Shown: positions 37,306-50,612 of the stretch, one piece after another
Layout of the letters: each line of letters opens with the position of its first letter
Position numbering within the stretch: the first letter of the stretch is position 1
Assembly (NCBI GenBank): GCA_964016885.1
Contig: OZ024746.1
Coordinates: 11,904,001-11,968,000 of the forward strand
Length of the DNA: 64,000 nt
Direction: 5' to 3'
Source: Eledone cirrhosa
Taxonomy: Eukaryota
Made by a program: the position numbers and the translations under genes
Notes under the pieces: model-generated
Databases searched by the model: none
What the model was told of the DNA's origin: nothing
What the model saw: only the letters and a program-made list of their open reading frames with translations

Positions 37306-37480
37306 CTAAGGCGGGTAAAATTCCCGAGATCCATGGACGAGTTCTCTCCAGCGGTCTCTGTCCCTCATTATCGCTGCCATGTCCTGCGTCTCCAATAGAC
37401 CAGTGTCTGTCCTTAGGGCATCAACATACGTTAACCTTGGTCTTCCTCTTCTAGTGTGTCCATGTAGGGGCTCCCAAAGT
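37306..37480 (-). mobile_element. 3' end of a second RTE/RTEX-type LINE family
   Basis: LWEPLHGHTRRGRPRLTYVDALRTDTG..MRDRDRWRELV. Confidence 0.7.
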
Positions 37481-38005
37481 GGGCCATGGCAAGTTATTGG
37501 GGGAGCCACGGGAATTAACTAAAAATCACAAAATTTTATATATAAAAAAGAAGAGTAGTTTCCTAACATAATTTTTTCTTTTTCTTGCTTCAAATTTTTA
37601 TATTCAACTTTTTATCAACTTTCTACCTTTTCTAATTAGGATTTTACTTCACAAATAAAAAGACATGCCAAAATTATTTCTACATAAAAAAATGATATCA
37701 AAAATTTTAATTTTTGGGAGGCCATACTGTTTTGCTATATCATTAAGGTGGAATTTATTATAAAAGGTTGGGAACCGCTGCTCTAAACAGTCTAAGATTA
37801 TCCTTGAACAAAAGATGGTTGATCTTAGATTGTCTCTTTCTCCATTCAATCCAACTTCTATGTTTCACAACATCAACATCAACACTGTCATGAACAATAC
37901 AAACAATAAAGGTGACATACTATCACCTGAGAAGATACCAGTAATCCCTGTCCTTAGAATGTTTACTGTATTCTATTTTCAAGCCCTTGTGGCTAATACA
38001 TTTTT

Positions 38006-39866
38006 ATCATCCTCATCACCATCACTATCCTCCTCATCCTCATCACCATCACTATCCTCACCATCACCATCCTCCTCATCATCACCATCACTATCCTCCT
38101 CATCACCATCACCATCACCATCATCATCATCACTATCCTCATCATCCTCCTCATCATCGCCATCACTATCCTCCTCATCACCATCGCCATCACTATCCTC
38201 CTCATCGCCATCACTATCCTCCTCATCATCACCATCACTATCCTCCTCATCACCATCGCCATCACTATCCTCCTCATCATCACCATCACTATCCTCCTCA
38301 TCACCATCGCCATCACTATCCTCCTCCTCATCGCCATCACTATCCTCCTCATCATCACCATCACTATCCTCCTCATCATCACCATCACTATCCTCCTCAT
38401 CGCCATCACTATCCTCCTCATCATCACCATCACTATCCTCCTCATCGCCATCACTATCCTCCTCATCATCACCATCACTATCCTCCTCATCGCCATCACT
38501 ATCCTCCTCATCGCCATCACTATCCTCCTCATCATCACCATCACTATCCTCCTCATCACCATCGCCATCACTATCCTCCTCACCATCGCCATCACTATCC
38601 TCCTCATCGCCATCACTATCCTCCTCATCATCACCATCACTATCCTCCTCATCGCCATCACTATCCTCCTCATCGCCATCACTATCCTCCTCATCATCAC
38701 CATCACTATCCTCCTCATCACCATCGCCATCACTATCCTCCTCACCATCGCCATCACTATCCTCATCATCACCATCACTATCCTCCTCATCGCCATCACT
38801 ATCCTCCTCATCATCACCATCACTATCCTCCTCATCGCCATCACTATCCTCCTCATCATCACCATCGCCATCACTATCCTCCTCATCATCACCATCGCCA
38901 TCACTATCCTCCTCATCGCCATCACTATCCTCCTCATCATCACCATCGCCATCACTATCCTCCTCATCATCACCATCGCCATCACTATCCTCCTCATCAT
39001 CACCATCGCCATCACTATCCTCCTCATCGCCATCACTATCCTCCTCATCATCACCATCGCCATCACTATCCTCCTCATCATCACCATCGCCATCACTATC
39101 CTCCTCATCATCACCATCGCCATCACTATCCTCCTCATCGCCATCACTATCCTCCTCATCGCCATCACTATCCTCCTCATCATCACCATCGCCATCACTA
39201 TCCTCCTCATCATCACCATCGCCATCACTATCCTCCTCATCGCCATCACTATCCTCCTCATCATCACCATCGCCATCACTATCCTCCTCATCATCACCAT
39301 CGCCATCACTATCCTCCTCATCGCCATCACTATCCTCCTCATCATCACCATCGCCATCACTATCCTCCTCATCACCATCGCCATCACTATCCTCCTCATC
39401 ACCATCGCCATCACTATCCTCCTCATCGCCATCACTATCCTCCTCATCATCACCATCGCCATCACTATCCTCCTCATCATCACCATCGCCATCACTATCC
39501 TCCTCATCGCCATCACTATCCTCCTCATCATCACCATCGCCATCACTATCCTCCTCATCATCACCATCGCCATCACTATCCTCCTCATCACCATCGCCAT
39601 CACTATCCTCCTCATCATCACCATCGCCATCACTATCCTCCTCATCATCACCATCGCCATCACTATCCTCATCATCACCATCGCCATCACTATCCTCCTC
39701 ATCATCACCATCGCCATCACTATCCTCCTCATCATCACCATCGCCATCACTATCCTCCTCATCACCATCGCCATCACTATCCTCCTCGTCACCATCACCA
39801 TCACTATCATCATCATCATCATCATCATCCTCATCATCACTATCACTATCATCATCATCATCCTCA
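38006..39866. repeat. CAT/TCC-derived minisatellite (21-30 bp units, about 1.9 kb)
   Basis: Unit TCACCATCGCCATCACTATCCTCCTCATCA and shorter variants. Confidence 0.97.
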
Positions 39867-42800
39867 TGATTTCAACATTTCCATGCAAGTTTTTGCTGCA
39901 CCACCAAATGACTCCTCATGCTCCTGCCTGGCCTGTATCACCTTTTATGTCTATATGATACTTAACTTTTCCTTTGTTCTAACATTTGTATGTGTCATTT
40001 CTGGTGTTACGTCTTTCATCTATTCTGTAGACTATGAGTTGTGTTAAGTGGTGATTGTGTTGTGTTATGTACTCTGGCATGTATGTGGAAAATTGGTAGA
40101 GTCATTAGAATGCTTTGCAGTATTTATTCCAGCTTTCTACGCTCTCTGAGTTCAAATCCCACTAAAGCTAACTTTGCTTTTCATCATTTTGTGGTTGGTA
40201 AAAAAGTACCAGTCCAGTACTGAGGCCAGTTCTGCCTCTATATCTCTTTCTCACTTCCTCTCTCCTATTCTTTCTTTCCTTCTCTGGAAGAAATCGGTTA
40301 TGTTCAAACCTGAAGAGGTGATGGGCTCCACCCGGCTTAGACTCCCTATGACAAGCACCGTTATGACTCCACCAGGTGTTATGGATCATCACATACAGTG
40401 ACATAAACAGCCAAGTTGAGTCCCCTGGAAATATACCCCAAAATATTACAGTATCATCAATATCAACCAAATTTACTGAATGCAGAAGTCTCTTTTCATT
40501 GATACATGTACCAGACAGCTCACTGTTATACATACACAACTATTCCTAATACTTTTAAGATAGAAATATGTTTTCTGTAATTCTGTATATATTCTTTTTA
40601 AATAGTAGTAGTGCTTCCTAGTTGACACCCTCTCTAATCATTGTTGGTTATATGTTATAGTGTCAGGTGGTGATTATATAGAGTATGTACTGGGTGGTTT
40701 GTCTTGTTGTTGTTGCTTTTATCTTTCTTCATGTTGTTGTTATAAATACCATAGATTAAATGTTAGCAATAGCTGAAATACCAGGCTGTTAACACATGGT
40801 TAGCAAATTAATCTACTTGCTTACAGTAAAATAACAATTCTGAGACCTTTTAAGCTGGATATTTTTAGATAATTGTTTCTACTTTAGGCACAAGGCCAGC
40901 AATTACCCAGTATACTACTGGTACTTTATTTTATCGACCCCGTAAGGATGAAAGGCAAAGTCAACCTCGGCGGGATTTGATTAGATAATGATGTTGAAAC
41001 AGCAAGTTTAAAATCACATTTCATATTATATCTTATCATACCATATGATAACCAGAGATGAGTGAATTGATAGTATATCTACAAAGATTGCTTTGACTAT
41101 GATTCCGAGAACTGGATTATTAGACTTTTCTTGGACTCGTACACTTGTATGATGCAATTTCTAATTTAGGAGGAGAAACTTTATAAAAACATTCTACTCA
41201 GTATGGGAAGTGATGTTACTTTGACAATAAGCTCTTGTTCAGTTTTTTGTCCATTTGGGTTTTAACTCAAAATAGTTACCATAGCAAAACTAAATATTAA
41301 TTAACTGCTAAGATTTTAATGTGAATGATTTTAGACATTAATTGGCAGAATTAATGTCTAAAAGATGTGAGACAGAAAAGTGCAACATTGACTCTTGCAG
41401 ATACAGTATTGTTAAAATAAAAGAAACAAATTCTAATATTTAATGAGATGGAGTGGCAGCTGTTCTATTGTGTAATCAATAACAAGGTCACATGACAAGC
41501 AATAAATCTATGGTTCATGCTCCATCAGTTGGCATCTTTCTTTTTTCAGTCTTAAATTAATGTTTATAATGTCTCATATCAACACTAAGAAAAGTCTTAT
41601 GCTATGTGGTGTAATCTATAATTAATTTCACTGGCTTTTTGTCAAAGCAATACATTCTATATGTAGCAGAATGTGTTGTAAGATGTCTACACCTAAATCA
41701 AACAGCATCTGATTTATATATACTTGACCTGAAGTGTAATTAAGGGGACTATAAACTGCACTAGTGCAGCTCTTCATAATGTGGTCTCATTTATATACTG
41801 TGTGGTGTGATGCATAATCTAGGTTAATTGACATCTAGGTTAATTGATCTTGGTTAATTATCTATTAACATCCTGTAATGATTTAGCAGTAAATATCTAA
41901 AAATGGGTTTGTTAATTCAACTGTTTATAGTATCTTTACTATAATTTCTAATGTAATGCAGTCATAATGCTGTTTTATCCTTTGCAAGAATGTCTAACTA
42001 ATGTGGTTTCATGCAGTATTAGAATAAAGATTTTAATGTTTAATGTGATGCAGTCATATTGTTGTTTTATAATTTTCAAGAATGTCTTACCAATGCAGTT
42101 TCATACTGTACAGAACATTAAGAGTTAAGCGCCACATACTCAACACACAGTTATCACTCCTGGGTACATCTGCTCATATCTCTTACATGGCAACTCAATT
42201 TCTCAATACTCTTGTACAATGTCATTGCCTTTCTCATATGTCAGAATTAAACATTCATTGAAATATCAAAATATACATCACTGTAGCACAGCATAATTAT
42301 ATAAGAGATAATCCATACACAGGTTTCTTTTATTACTATTTTTGAAATACTTGTATATCTCTGTCTAGCATTGATTAGATAATTCCAATAATTGGAATAT
42401 TTGTATGAAAATGTTGAAGCAGACTGAACTTCTTAATATACATTCAACTGCAAAGGGGAAGAAGGGGCTGTTTTCTATTTTATCTTCTTTTTTTCATTTG
42501 TTCATTTAACTGGTTAGTCTGAGGAAGAGTGCTGGTCAGAGGTAGCGAAATTGGTTGGAAGATGAATACGAGTCTAGCTAAGAAGAAGGCAGCAAATTGG
42601 CAGAAACATTAGAAAGATGGATTAAAAATGCCACTGTATTTGCACCTTTGAGTTTAAATCCTACCGAGGTCACCTTTGCCTTTCATCCTTTTAAGATAGA
42701 TAAATAAAGTACGAATTCAATACTTTCAATACTAGCATCGATTGTCTGTCTCTCTCTCTCTTTCTGGAAGAAACAGATGCATTTATGTGCCTGCTGTATA

Positions 42801-44571
42801 CTGGTTGGTGTTAGGCAGGGCATACTGTATACTGGTTGGTGTTAGTTAGGCAGGGCATTCATTATCATCACCATTTAATGTCCATTTTCCCTGCTAGCAT
42901 GTGTTAGACATAGAGACCAAGACCTGGGTGGAGTTGGTGAGAGCTGATCTCAAACCAATGAGACAAAAAGGAAATGAAAAAGGAACGCGATGAGTCGAGA
43001 GATGCCATGCTGAAAAGGACCTGTCCAACCCATGCAAACATAGAAAAACATACATAAAAACAATGATGATGATGATAATGATAAACACAAGAGTATATAT
43101 ATGCATATAAATATAAATATATATATATATATTCGTACAGTGTATGTGTGTGTGTATATATTTATATAAATGTGTATGTATTCATGCATGAATACATACA
43201 CATTTATATAAATACACACACACACATACACTCACACACACATACACACACACATATGATACCATTTAATGATATTCCAAAATATTAATTTTGATTGTCC
43301 ATGCTTTGAAAACACCAAATATATTACTGGCTATTTCTCTGAATCCCTGAAATAATGTTATAGTCATGCCAGGCTGGAGGGGATTACATTTCCCAAATTA
43401 ATGAGGGTTTATATTTAATGAAACAGCTGACCTTGGCATAGTTAGGGACCAATGGTGAGATTGGTCAGTGTTAAGTATATCACATCTCTTACATTGTAGA
43501 CAACCCCTTAAGGAAAACGGAAGTGGATGTCAAAGAAGGTCTATTTATATACAACCACACACACACATGTATTTACATGCATACATAGACAAATACACGC
43601 TAACATATATAAATTTATGTATGTTTAATATAGGTCACACACATACAGATACATATACAAGGGCAAAGTGATACACATAGAAATACACGCACATACACTT
43701 ACGTTTTGTTATCATTTTACTTTCACTTTTCCTTGTATGAGTTGGACAGTTTGCTTATATATAAACAAGCCCAAGTAATTTAAACAGTTAAATACTCAGA
43801 TTACAAAATGTGATATGTGTATATATCTAAAGTCAGTCTTGAGCCTGGAGGCTCATCAGGCTTATCCTGGTTTGTGTGGCATGAAGTGACTGAAAGTACA
43901 AGACTTCCCCTGGACAGGATGCTAGTCTATTGCAGGGTTAAATCCCCAGCTACTGCTGGTACTGAATATACTGGAGCAACATGAAATGAAGTGTTTTGTT
44001 CAAGAACACAACACACAGGATATTGAACCCATGACATTAAGATTGTAAGTCTGACACCCTTACCACTAGGCCATGCACCTCCACTGTATATGATATAGGA
44101 ACTATGTAAATTACATAGAACTATTGTTTAGGTCTACATTTGCATCATATATGTGTTGTATGTGTGTATAGATATATACATATATACATATATACAGTAA
44201 GACTGTGGATGTTGCATGGTTGAGTGGTTAAGGAGTTATCTTCACAATCATTAGGTCATGGGTTTGATCCCAATACTTGACATTACGTGTATCTTTAGGT
44301 TCACCCATGTTTTGTGGGTGAAATTTGGTAGACGGAAACTGTTTGGAAGCCTGTCAGATGGATTGTACCTGTAGTTTAATGGGCTAGCCTTGTCACACAA
44401 TGTGCCTTGCTGAATCTCCCTGAGATTTATGTTACGGATACATGTGTATGTGTGGAATGTTCAGTCACTTACCCGATAATTTGATGTCGATCAAACAACT
44501 GGAATATTCATTGTTGAAGCTGATGAAGGTCCATTCCATACATACACACATCATGCAACACATACACAAAT

Positions 44572-44627
<56 letters not shown>

Positions 44628-44959
44628 ATATACACATACACACACACATATATAGTTATTTTATAACAAATATACACACATTTTTCTGGCTGAGAGAGAG
44701 AGAGGTTGTCATGTCTTTGACACAACTAAAGGGTCCTTCCAACCATTTCTTTGGCAAGCTTTCTATGGCTTGATGCCCTTCTTATTACCAACTGCTTTAC
44801 AGTGTGTATTGGGTGGGTTTATCATGTAGATCCCCCAACACTAGAGAGGATGTCATATCCTTGACACAACTGAAGGGTCCTTCCAACCCTTGTGTTCATA
44901 GAAGAAATTGTTTTTGCAGCCTCAGGTCATGTCTCTCTCTCTCTCTTCATCTCAACAGA

Positions 44960-45541
44960 CAGGTGTACTCCATAATTAAGGACTTTCTCATAAATTTCTG
45001 TGTTCATGTAGTTCTTAGAATATACTTAAATAAGAGATAAATCATTCAGGAAGTTGGCACTGAGAAAGAATTATCTAAGAACCACAATAACCCCCGAAAG
45101 ATTAGGTCTCCTGAATCTGTTTGACGTAGGAACCACTATTCTAAAAATGATAGAGTGTTGTGAATTGATGAAAGGATTTTTAATACCAAGTGTAAAAAGT
45201 AAGCTCTTTTGCAGATATTGCAATGTAATGACTGTAGCTGTGTGTTGTTAAAACTGTAGCTTAGAGAAATTTTTACATTGCCAGATGCATTTAACATTTT
45301 ATGTTTAACTTGACAGTTTTTGCATCTAACATTTATGTATAACATTTAACATTTATGTATTTAGCATTTATGTATTTTTATATATATTGCAGTTAACCTT
45401 TCTATGTATAACTTGTCAGTTCCAATGACACGCAACAGACTTTAATGAGTAAACATCGGTGATTTGCTGAGTATTTTAATTTCTGTCTATGAGGGGCCAC
45501 CAGAAGTGCCTCATAAACCACAAGATCTAAATCAAGCTCTG
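44960..45541 (+). mobile_element. hAT transposon 3' relic
   Basis: VVLRIYL..SFRKLALRKNYLRTTITPERL resembles the hAT dimerisation motif; TAAATCAAGCTCTG TIR-like end. Confidence 0.6.
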
Positions 45542-45751
45542 TTTATATGTATAAATGTGGATGTGTATTCCTCCTCCTCCGCATCATCATCACAATCATT
45601 ATCATTATCATCACCATCATCATCGTTGTCATCGTCACTGCTGCTGTTGTTGCCGCCGCTGCCAGCACCACCACCACCATTGAGAGAGAGAGAGAGAGAG
45701 AGAGAGAGCTGTAACAAGCATATATGGAAAGATGGTAAGTGTGTGTATGTA

Positions 45752-45797
<46 letters not shown>

Positions 45798-46036
45798 GTA
45801 ACAAGTCTTCCTGGAAAGAGGTTGGCTAGAGTATATATGCAAAATCTGTTTTTTTAAATCCTGGACGACTATATTATTTGTGTATATATATATTCATTTT
45901 CATTTCATTTTACGTCCGCTTTTTCCCTGCTTGCAAGGGTATATATATATATATACGTTATTCCGGGTTGAATCGGAGGTAACCACAGTAAGTAAGGTAC
46001 TCAATACATAGCAGAGTATACAAGTTTTAATATAGA

Positions 46037-46090
46037 TGAGCTTCTACAGGACTAAAACTGTTTCATTCTTTAGAAATCATCAGGAATCTC
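46037..46090 (-). ncRNA. inverted second copy of the hammerhead (one stem I mismatch)
   Basis: Reverse complement reads GAGATTC CTGATGA TTTCTAAAGAAT GAAA CAGTTTTAGTCCTG TA GAAGCTC. Confidence 0.6.
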
Positions 46091-46145
46091 TGAGATTCCT
46101 GATGATTTCTAAAGAATGAAACAGTTCTAGTCCTGTAGAATCTCA
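46091..46145 (+). ncRNA. minimal type I hammerhead ribozyme (Penelope-like/retrozyme type)
   Basis: Stem I TGAGATTC/GAATCTCA; CTGATGA 46099-46105; stem II TTC-TAAA-GAA; GAAA 46118-46121; stem III ACAG/CTGT; GUA cleavage triplet 46135-46137. Confidence 0.75.
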
Positions 46146-47257
46146 TCTATATTAAAATATATATATATATATATATATACATATATATATTTATATATAT
46201 AACTTATAAATAAAACATTTAAAATGGCAGTGATCTTTAATACTTGGTGGTTGTTTCTAATTAAACTGTGAAATTTCCAAGGGATCAGCCAGTTGTCATT
46301 ATTATATTAGTCTTGAAATATTTTAGTCTTTTCTTTCTCTTCTCAAATTAGTCAACAAGAGCAAGACATGGTCATCTGACCTGGCATTGCCCACAACAGG
46401 ATAACTTGTCTAACGCATGGTAACGTGGAAAAATGGACATAAAACGGTGATGATGATAATGCTGGTCCTATATAGTATGATTTCTGGAAAGTTATCTGGA
46501 TTTCACTATTTTTTGAAAGCTACAAACTGTGACATACTTATATGATGATTGTTTCATAAACTTGAAATGATGGATTTAAGTGTTTTTCAAACGTTTTAGC
46601 TTGAAAAAAATATACTTCGGTCGGGCTGCTTGTTTTGTTGTCTACATACACAATATATGGACAAAGTTTTCAAGTAGTGCCTCAATGATCAAATGAATTA
46701 AAGAAGACACACATACATATATAAGAAGATTAATTCAAGATGAAACAACACAATGAAATGTCAGAAAACTTTGAAAACTCAATGAAAATAAACTAATATT
46801 CAAATGAACTGGTGTCATTAAAAATCTATTTATAAAACTTTAATTTAAGTTCATGACCTATGAGGAGATGTCTACTGTAAAATTCTGTGTTGAATGGCTG
46901 TAAATAAGACTAAAAGTGTGTGGAAGTTTCTGGAAATACAACAAATATTTGTCATTTACATTACTCTATATACTATTGTATTTTCATGGAAAAGGCTTTA
47001 CTTCACACAATTATCTCACATAATATCAAATCTATGAGCAGCCAGTTATAGCCAGCTTGAACTGAAAGAGGTGAGAAAATTCTGGCTGGATACAGCCAGT
47101 TTAAATGCTAAAGGGTTAACTTTCTATTGAAAACAATCTGATATTATCAATGTATTTGTGTAGTATATAATTTCCTTTTGCTATAAAGACAATTCAAATA
47201 ATATAAATAAAACTAAGGATAATTCACTGACCACCACCATTGCTACCAACAACCATA

Positions 47258-47399
47258 TATGTCTAGACAAGGTGGGAGAAGACTTTCTAATATACAGAAC
47301 CTCTGTATGTCTAGACAAGGTGGGAGAAGACTTTCTAATATACAGAACCTCTGTATGTCTAGACAAGGTGGGAGAAGACTTTCTAATATACAGAACCTC
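47258..47399. repeat. 48-bp tandem repeat, 3 copies
   Basis: GTCTAGACAAGGTGGGAGAAGACTTTCTAATATACAGAACCTCTGTAT. Confidence 0.9.
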
Positions 47400-47529
47400 A
47401 TACAGAAGGATTTGGTGAGAGAAGTTTGAGGTGGGGGAAAGACTGAGGATCAGTGACTTGTGTACAATCATGAGAGATAGAGGGGGTCAATAGAAACAGT
47501 GATGTTCCTTATTTTATGGTGGAGGGGCC

Positions 47530-48480
47530 TTGTAGTATGGTGTGGTGTACTGTGTAGTGGTGGGTAGTGGTGTGGTGTACTGTCTAGTGGTGTGGTGTGT
47601 AGTGGTGTGGTGTACTGTGTAGTGGTGTACTGTGTAGTGGTGTGGTGTACTGTGTAGTGGTGTGGTATGGTGTACTGTGTAGTGGTGTACTGTGTAGTGG
47701 TATGGTGTACTGTGTAGTGGTGTGGTGTACTGTGTACTGTGTAGTAGTGTACTGCATAGTGGTGTGGTGTGGTGTGTAGTGGTGTGGTGTACTGTGTAGT
47801 GGTGGGTAGTGGTGTGGTGTACTGTGTAGTGGTGGGTTGTGGTGTGGTGTACTGTGTAGTGGTGTGTACTGTGTACTGTGTAGTAGTGTACTGCATAGTG
47901 GTGTGGTGTGGTGGGTAGTGGTGTGGTGTACTGTGTAGTGGTGGGTTGTGGTGTGGTGTACTGTGTAGTGATGTGGTGTAATGTGTAGTGGTGTGGTGTG
48001 GTCTACTGTGGTGTGGTGTGGTGTACTGTGTGGTGGTGTGGTCTAGTGTGGTGTGGTGTGATGTTGTGTAGTAAGGTGCAGTGTTGTGTAGTATGGTGTG
48101 GTACAATGTAGTGTAGTGAGGTGCAGTGTGGTGTAGTGTAGAGTAGTGTAGCGTGGTCTAGTGTGGTGTAGTGTAGTGTAGTGTGGTGTAGTGTTGCATG
48201 GTCTAGTGTAGTGTGGTGTAGTGTAGTGTGGTGTAGTGTAGTGTAGCGTGGTCTAGTGTAGTGTGGTGTGGTGTAGTGTAGCGTGGTCTGGTGTAGTGTA
48301 GTGTGGTGTAGTGTAGCGTGGTCTAGTGTAGTGTAGTGTGGTGTAGTGTAGTGTAGCGCGGTCTAGTGTAGTGTAGTGTAGCATGGTCTAGTGTAGTGTA
48401 GTGTGGTGTAGTGTAGCGTGGTCTAGTGTGGTGTAGTGTAGTGTAGTGTGGTGTAGTGTAGCATAGTGGTGCAGTGTAGT
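47530..48480. repeat. GTGTA/GTGGT pentamer satellite
   Basis: Direct reading of the sequence. Confidence 0.95.
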
Positions 48481-48789
48481 GTGATGTGACACAGTGTAAT
48501 ACCAACCAATAATATGTAATAAGTAAATGTGTGACGGCAAGAGGAGGAAGTGTGACATTTCAGTGCCCTAAGTCATTCCTATCATCAATGACAGTATCAT
48601 CATCATCATCATCATCATCATTTTTACGTCCGCTTTTCCCTGCTTGCAAGGGTGGGACGGGAACTGATTCTGGCTTGATTTCTACAGCTGGATGCCCTTC
48701 CTAACACCAACCTCATTTACAGTGAGTGCTGGGTGCTTTTTTGCCGTGGCACCTCCACGACCACTTTGCAGTGGAATGATAGGGACCCC

Positions 48790-48945
48790 GGTCCCTATCA
48801 TCTCATTTCTACAGCTGAATAAACTGGAGCAATGTGAAATAAAGTGTCTTGCTCAAGGAAACAACACATCACCCGGTCTGAGAATTGAACTCACAACCTT
48901 TCGATTGCAAGGCTAATGCTCTAACCACTAAGCCATGTGCCTCCA
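48790..48945 (-). mobile_element. tRNA-derived CORE-like SINE (family B)
   Basis: Reverse complement TGGCTTAGTGGTTAGAGC..GAGTTCAATTC..GTGTTGTTTCCTTGAGCAAGACACTTTA. Related copies at about 43835-44085(-), 50950-51285(-), 26150-26390(+), 44210-44530(+), 55870-55975(+), 2190-2450(-). Confidence 0.7.
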
Positions 48946-49017
48946 TCATACAGATAAATCCTTCCAACCCAGTGTTGGTTGTTGTGGGATGGGTGCTGGC
49001 AAGGGAGGTGCAGCAGT

Positions 49018-49900
49018 AGGTGGTGGTGGTGGTGGTGGTGGTGGTGTTGTTGTTGGTGGTGTCGTTGTTGTTGTTGTTGTTGTTGGTGGTGGTAATGATG
49101 AGGCTAGTAATTGTGGAAGTGGTGTTGATATCAGTAATGCTAGAACTGTTGTTTTGAGCTTGAGATGACAGTGGTGGTGGTGGTGGTGGTGGTGGTGGTG
49201 ATGGTGGTGGTGGTGGTGGTGGTAGTGGTGATGATGGTGGTGGCAGTGGTGGTGGTAGTGGTGGTGGTGGTGGTGGTGGTGTTGGTGGCAGTGGTGGTGG
49301 TAGTGGTGATGATGGTGGTGGTGTTGGTGGTGGTGGCAGTGGTGATGATGGTGGTGGTGATGGTGGTGGTGGTGATGGTGGTGGTGGCAGTGGTGATGAT
49401 GGTGGTGGTGGTGGTGGTGGTGGTGATGGTGGTGGTGGCAGTGGTGGTGGTAGTGGTGATGATGGTGGTGGTGTTGGTGGTGGTGGCAGTGGTGATGATG
49501 GTGGTGGTGATGGTGGTGGTGGTGATGGTGGTGGTGGCAGTGGTGATGATGGTGGTGGTGGTGGTGGTGGTGGTGATGGTGGTGGTGGCAGTGGTGATGA
49601 TGGTGGTGATGATGGTGGTGGTGGCAGTGGTGGTGGTGGTGGTGGTGGTGGTGGTGGTGGTGGTGGTGGTGTTAGTGGTGGTGGTGATGGTGGTGGTGGC
49701 AGTGGTGGTGGTGATGGTGGTACTGGTATTGTTGTTGTTGGTGGTGGTGGTGGTGGTGATGGTGGTGGTGGCAGTGGTGATGATGGTGGTGGTGTTGGTA
49801 GTGATGATACTAGGTGTGGTGGTACTGGTATTGTTGTTGTTGGTTGTGGTGATGGTGGGGATGGTGATGGTGGGGATGGTGGTGGTGGTGATGGTGGTGG
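49018..49900. repeat. (GGT)n degenerate trinucleotide array
   Basis: Direct reading of the sequence. Confidence 0.95.
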
Positions 49901-50059
49901 AGGTACTGGCATGGGGTTTGTGTACAAGAGATAAGGGTATTAGAGAGAGGAGATGCAGATGTGTGTTTGTGACTGCAGCAACTATAAAACACACTTTGAA
50001 ACAGAAAAATAACGTCAAAAACAACAACAATAAAAACCTAGAACATGTAGGTCATACAT

Positions 50060-50062
<3 letters not shown>

Positions 50063-50101
<39 letters not shown>

Positions 50102-50114
50102 TATACATACACAT

Positions 50115-50151
<37 letters not shown>

Positions 50152-50154
50152 CAT

Positions 50155-50187
<33 letters not shown>

Positions 50188-50344
50188 CACATATATACAT
50201 ACACATACACATATATATATATATATATATATACATATATATACATACACATACACACACACATATATATATACATATACATACACACACGCATATATAT
50301 ATATATACACATACATATATATACACACACACTCATCATATATA

Positions 50345-50376
<32 letters not shown>

Positions 50377-50579
50377 CACATATACACACACACACACATA
50401 TACACACATATATATACACACACACATATACACATACACACATATATATATACACATACACACACACATATATACACATACACACATATATATATACACA
50501 TACACACACACATATATACACATACACACATATATATATATACACATACACACACACATATATATACACATACACACAT

Positions 50580-50610
<31 letters not shown>

Positions 50611-50612
50611 CA
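50063..50612. repeat. compound (TA)n/(CA)n microsatellite
   Basis: Direct reading; similar compound array at 53268-53672; simple arrays at 323-370 (CT), 1084-1141 (TG), 36476-36524 (TA), 51894-51955 (TG). Confidence 0.95.

Larger units (their letters stand above)
45956..46157. mobile_element. Penelope-like terminal-repeat remnant with inverted duplication, in (TA)n
   Basis: 66-bp arms (46025-46090 / 46092-46157, 2 mismatches) plus a unique tail 45956-46024; TA repeats on both flanks; hammerhead core. Confidence 0.55.

Noticed and set aside
37815-40047. 631-686 aa Ser/Pro, His/Pro and Met/Arg ORFs resembling extensin or His-rich proteins
   Set aside because: Pure tandem repeat with no splice or domain context; treated as a repeat.
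40309-40340. CTGAAGA followed by a GGTG/CACC stem (hammerhead-like); similar partial matches at about 1752(-), 14541(+), 43853(-) and 60143(+)
   Set aside because: No correctly placed GAAA, or no stems I/III; chance matches.
41041-41160. Exon-like 119-nt block on the - strand (KLHHTSVRVQEK..); similar block at 53056-53117 on +
   Set aside because: Splice-like signals only; no recognisable protein and no partner exons, so within chance expectation.
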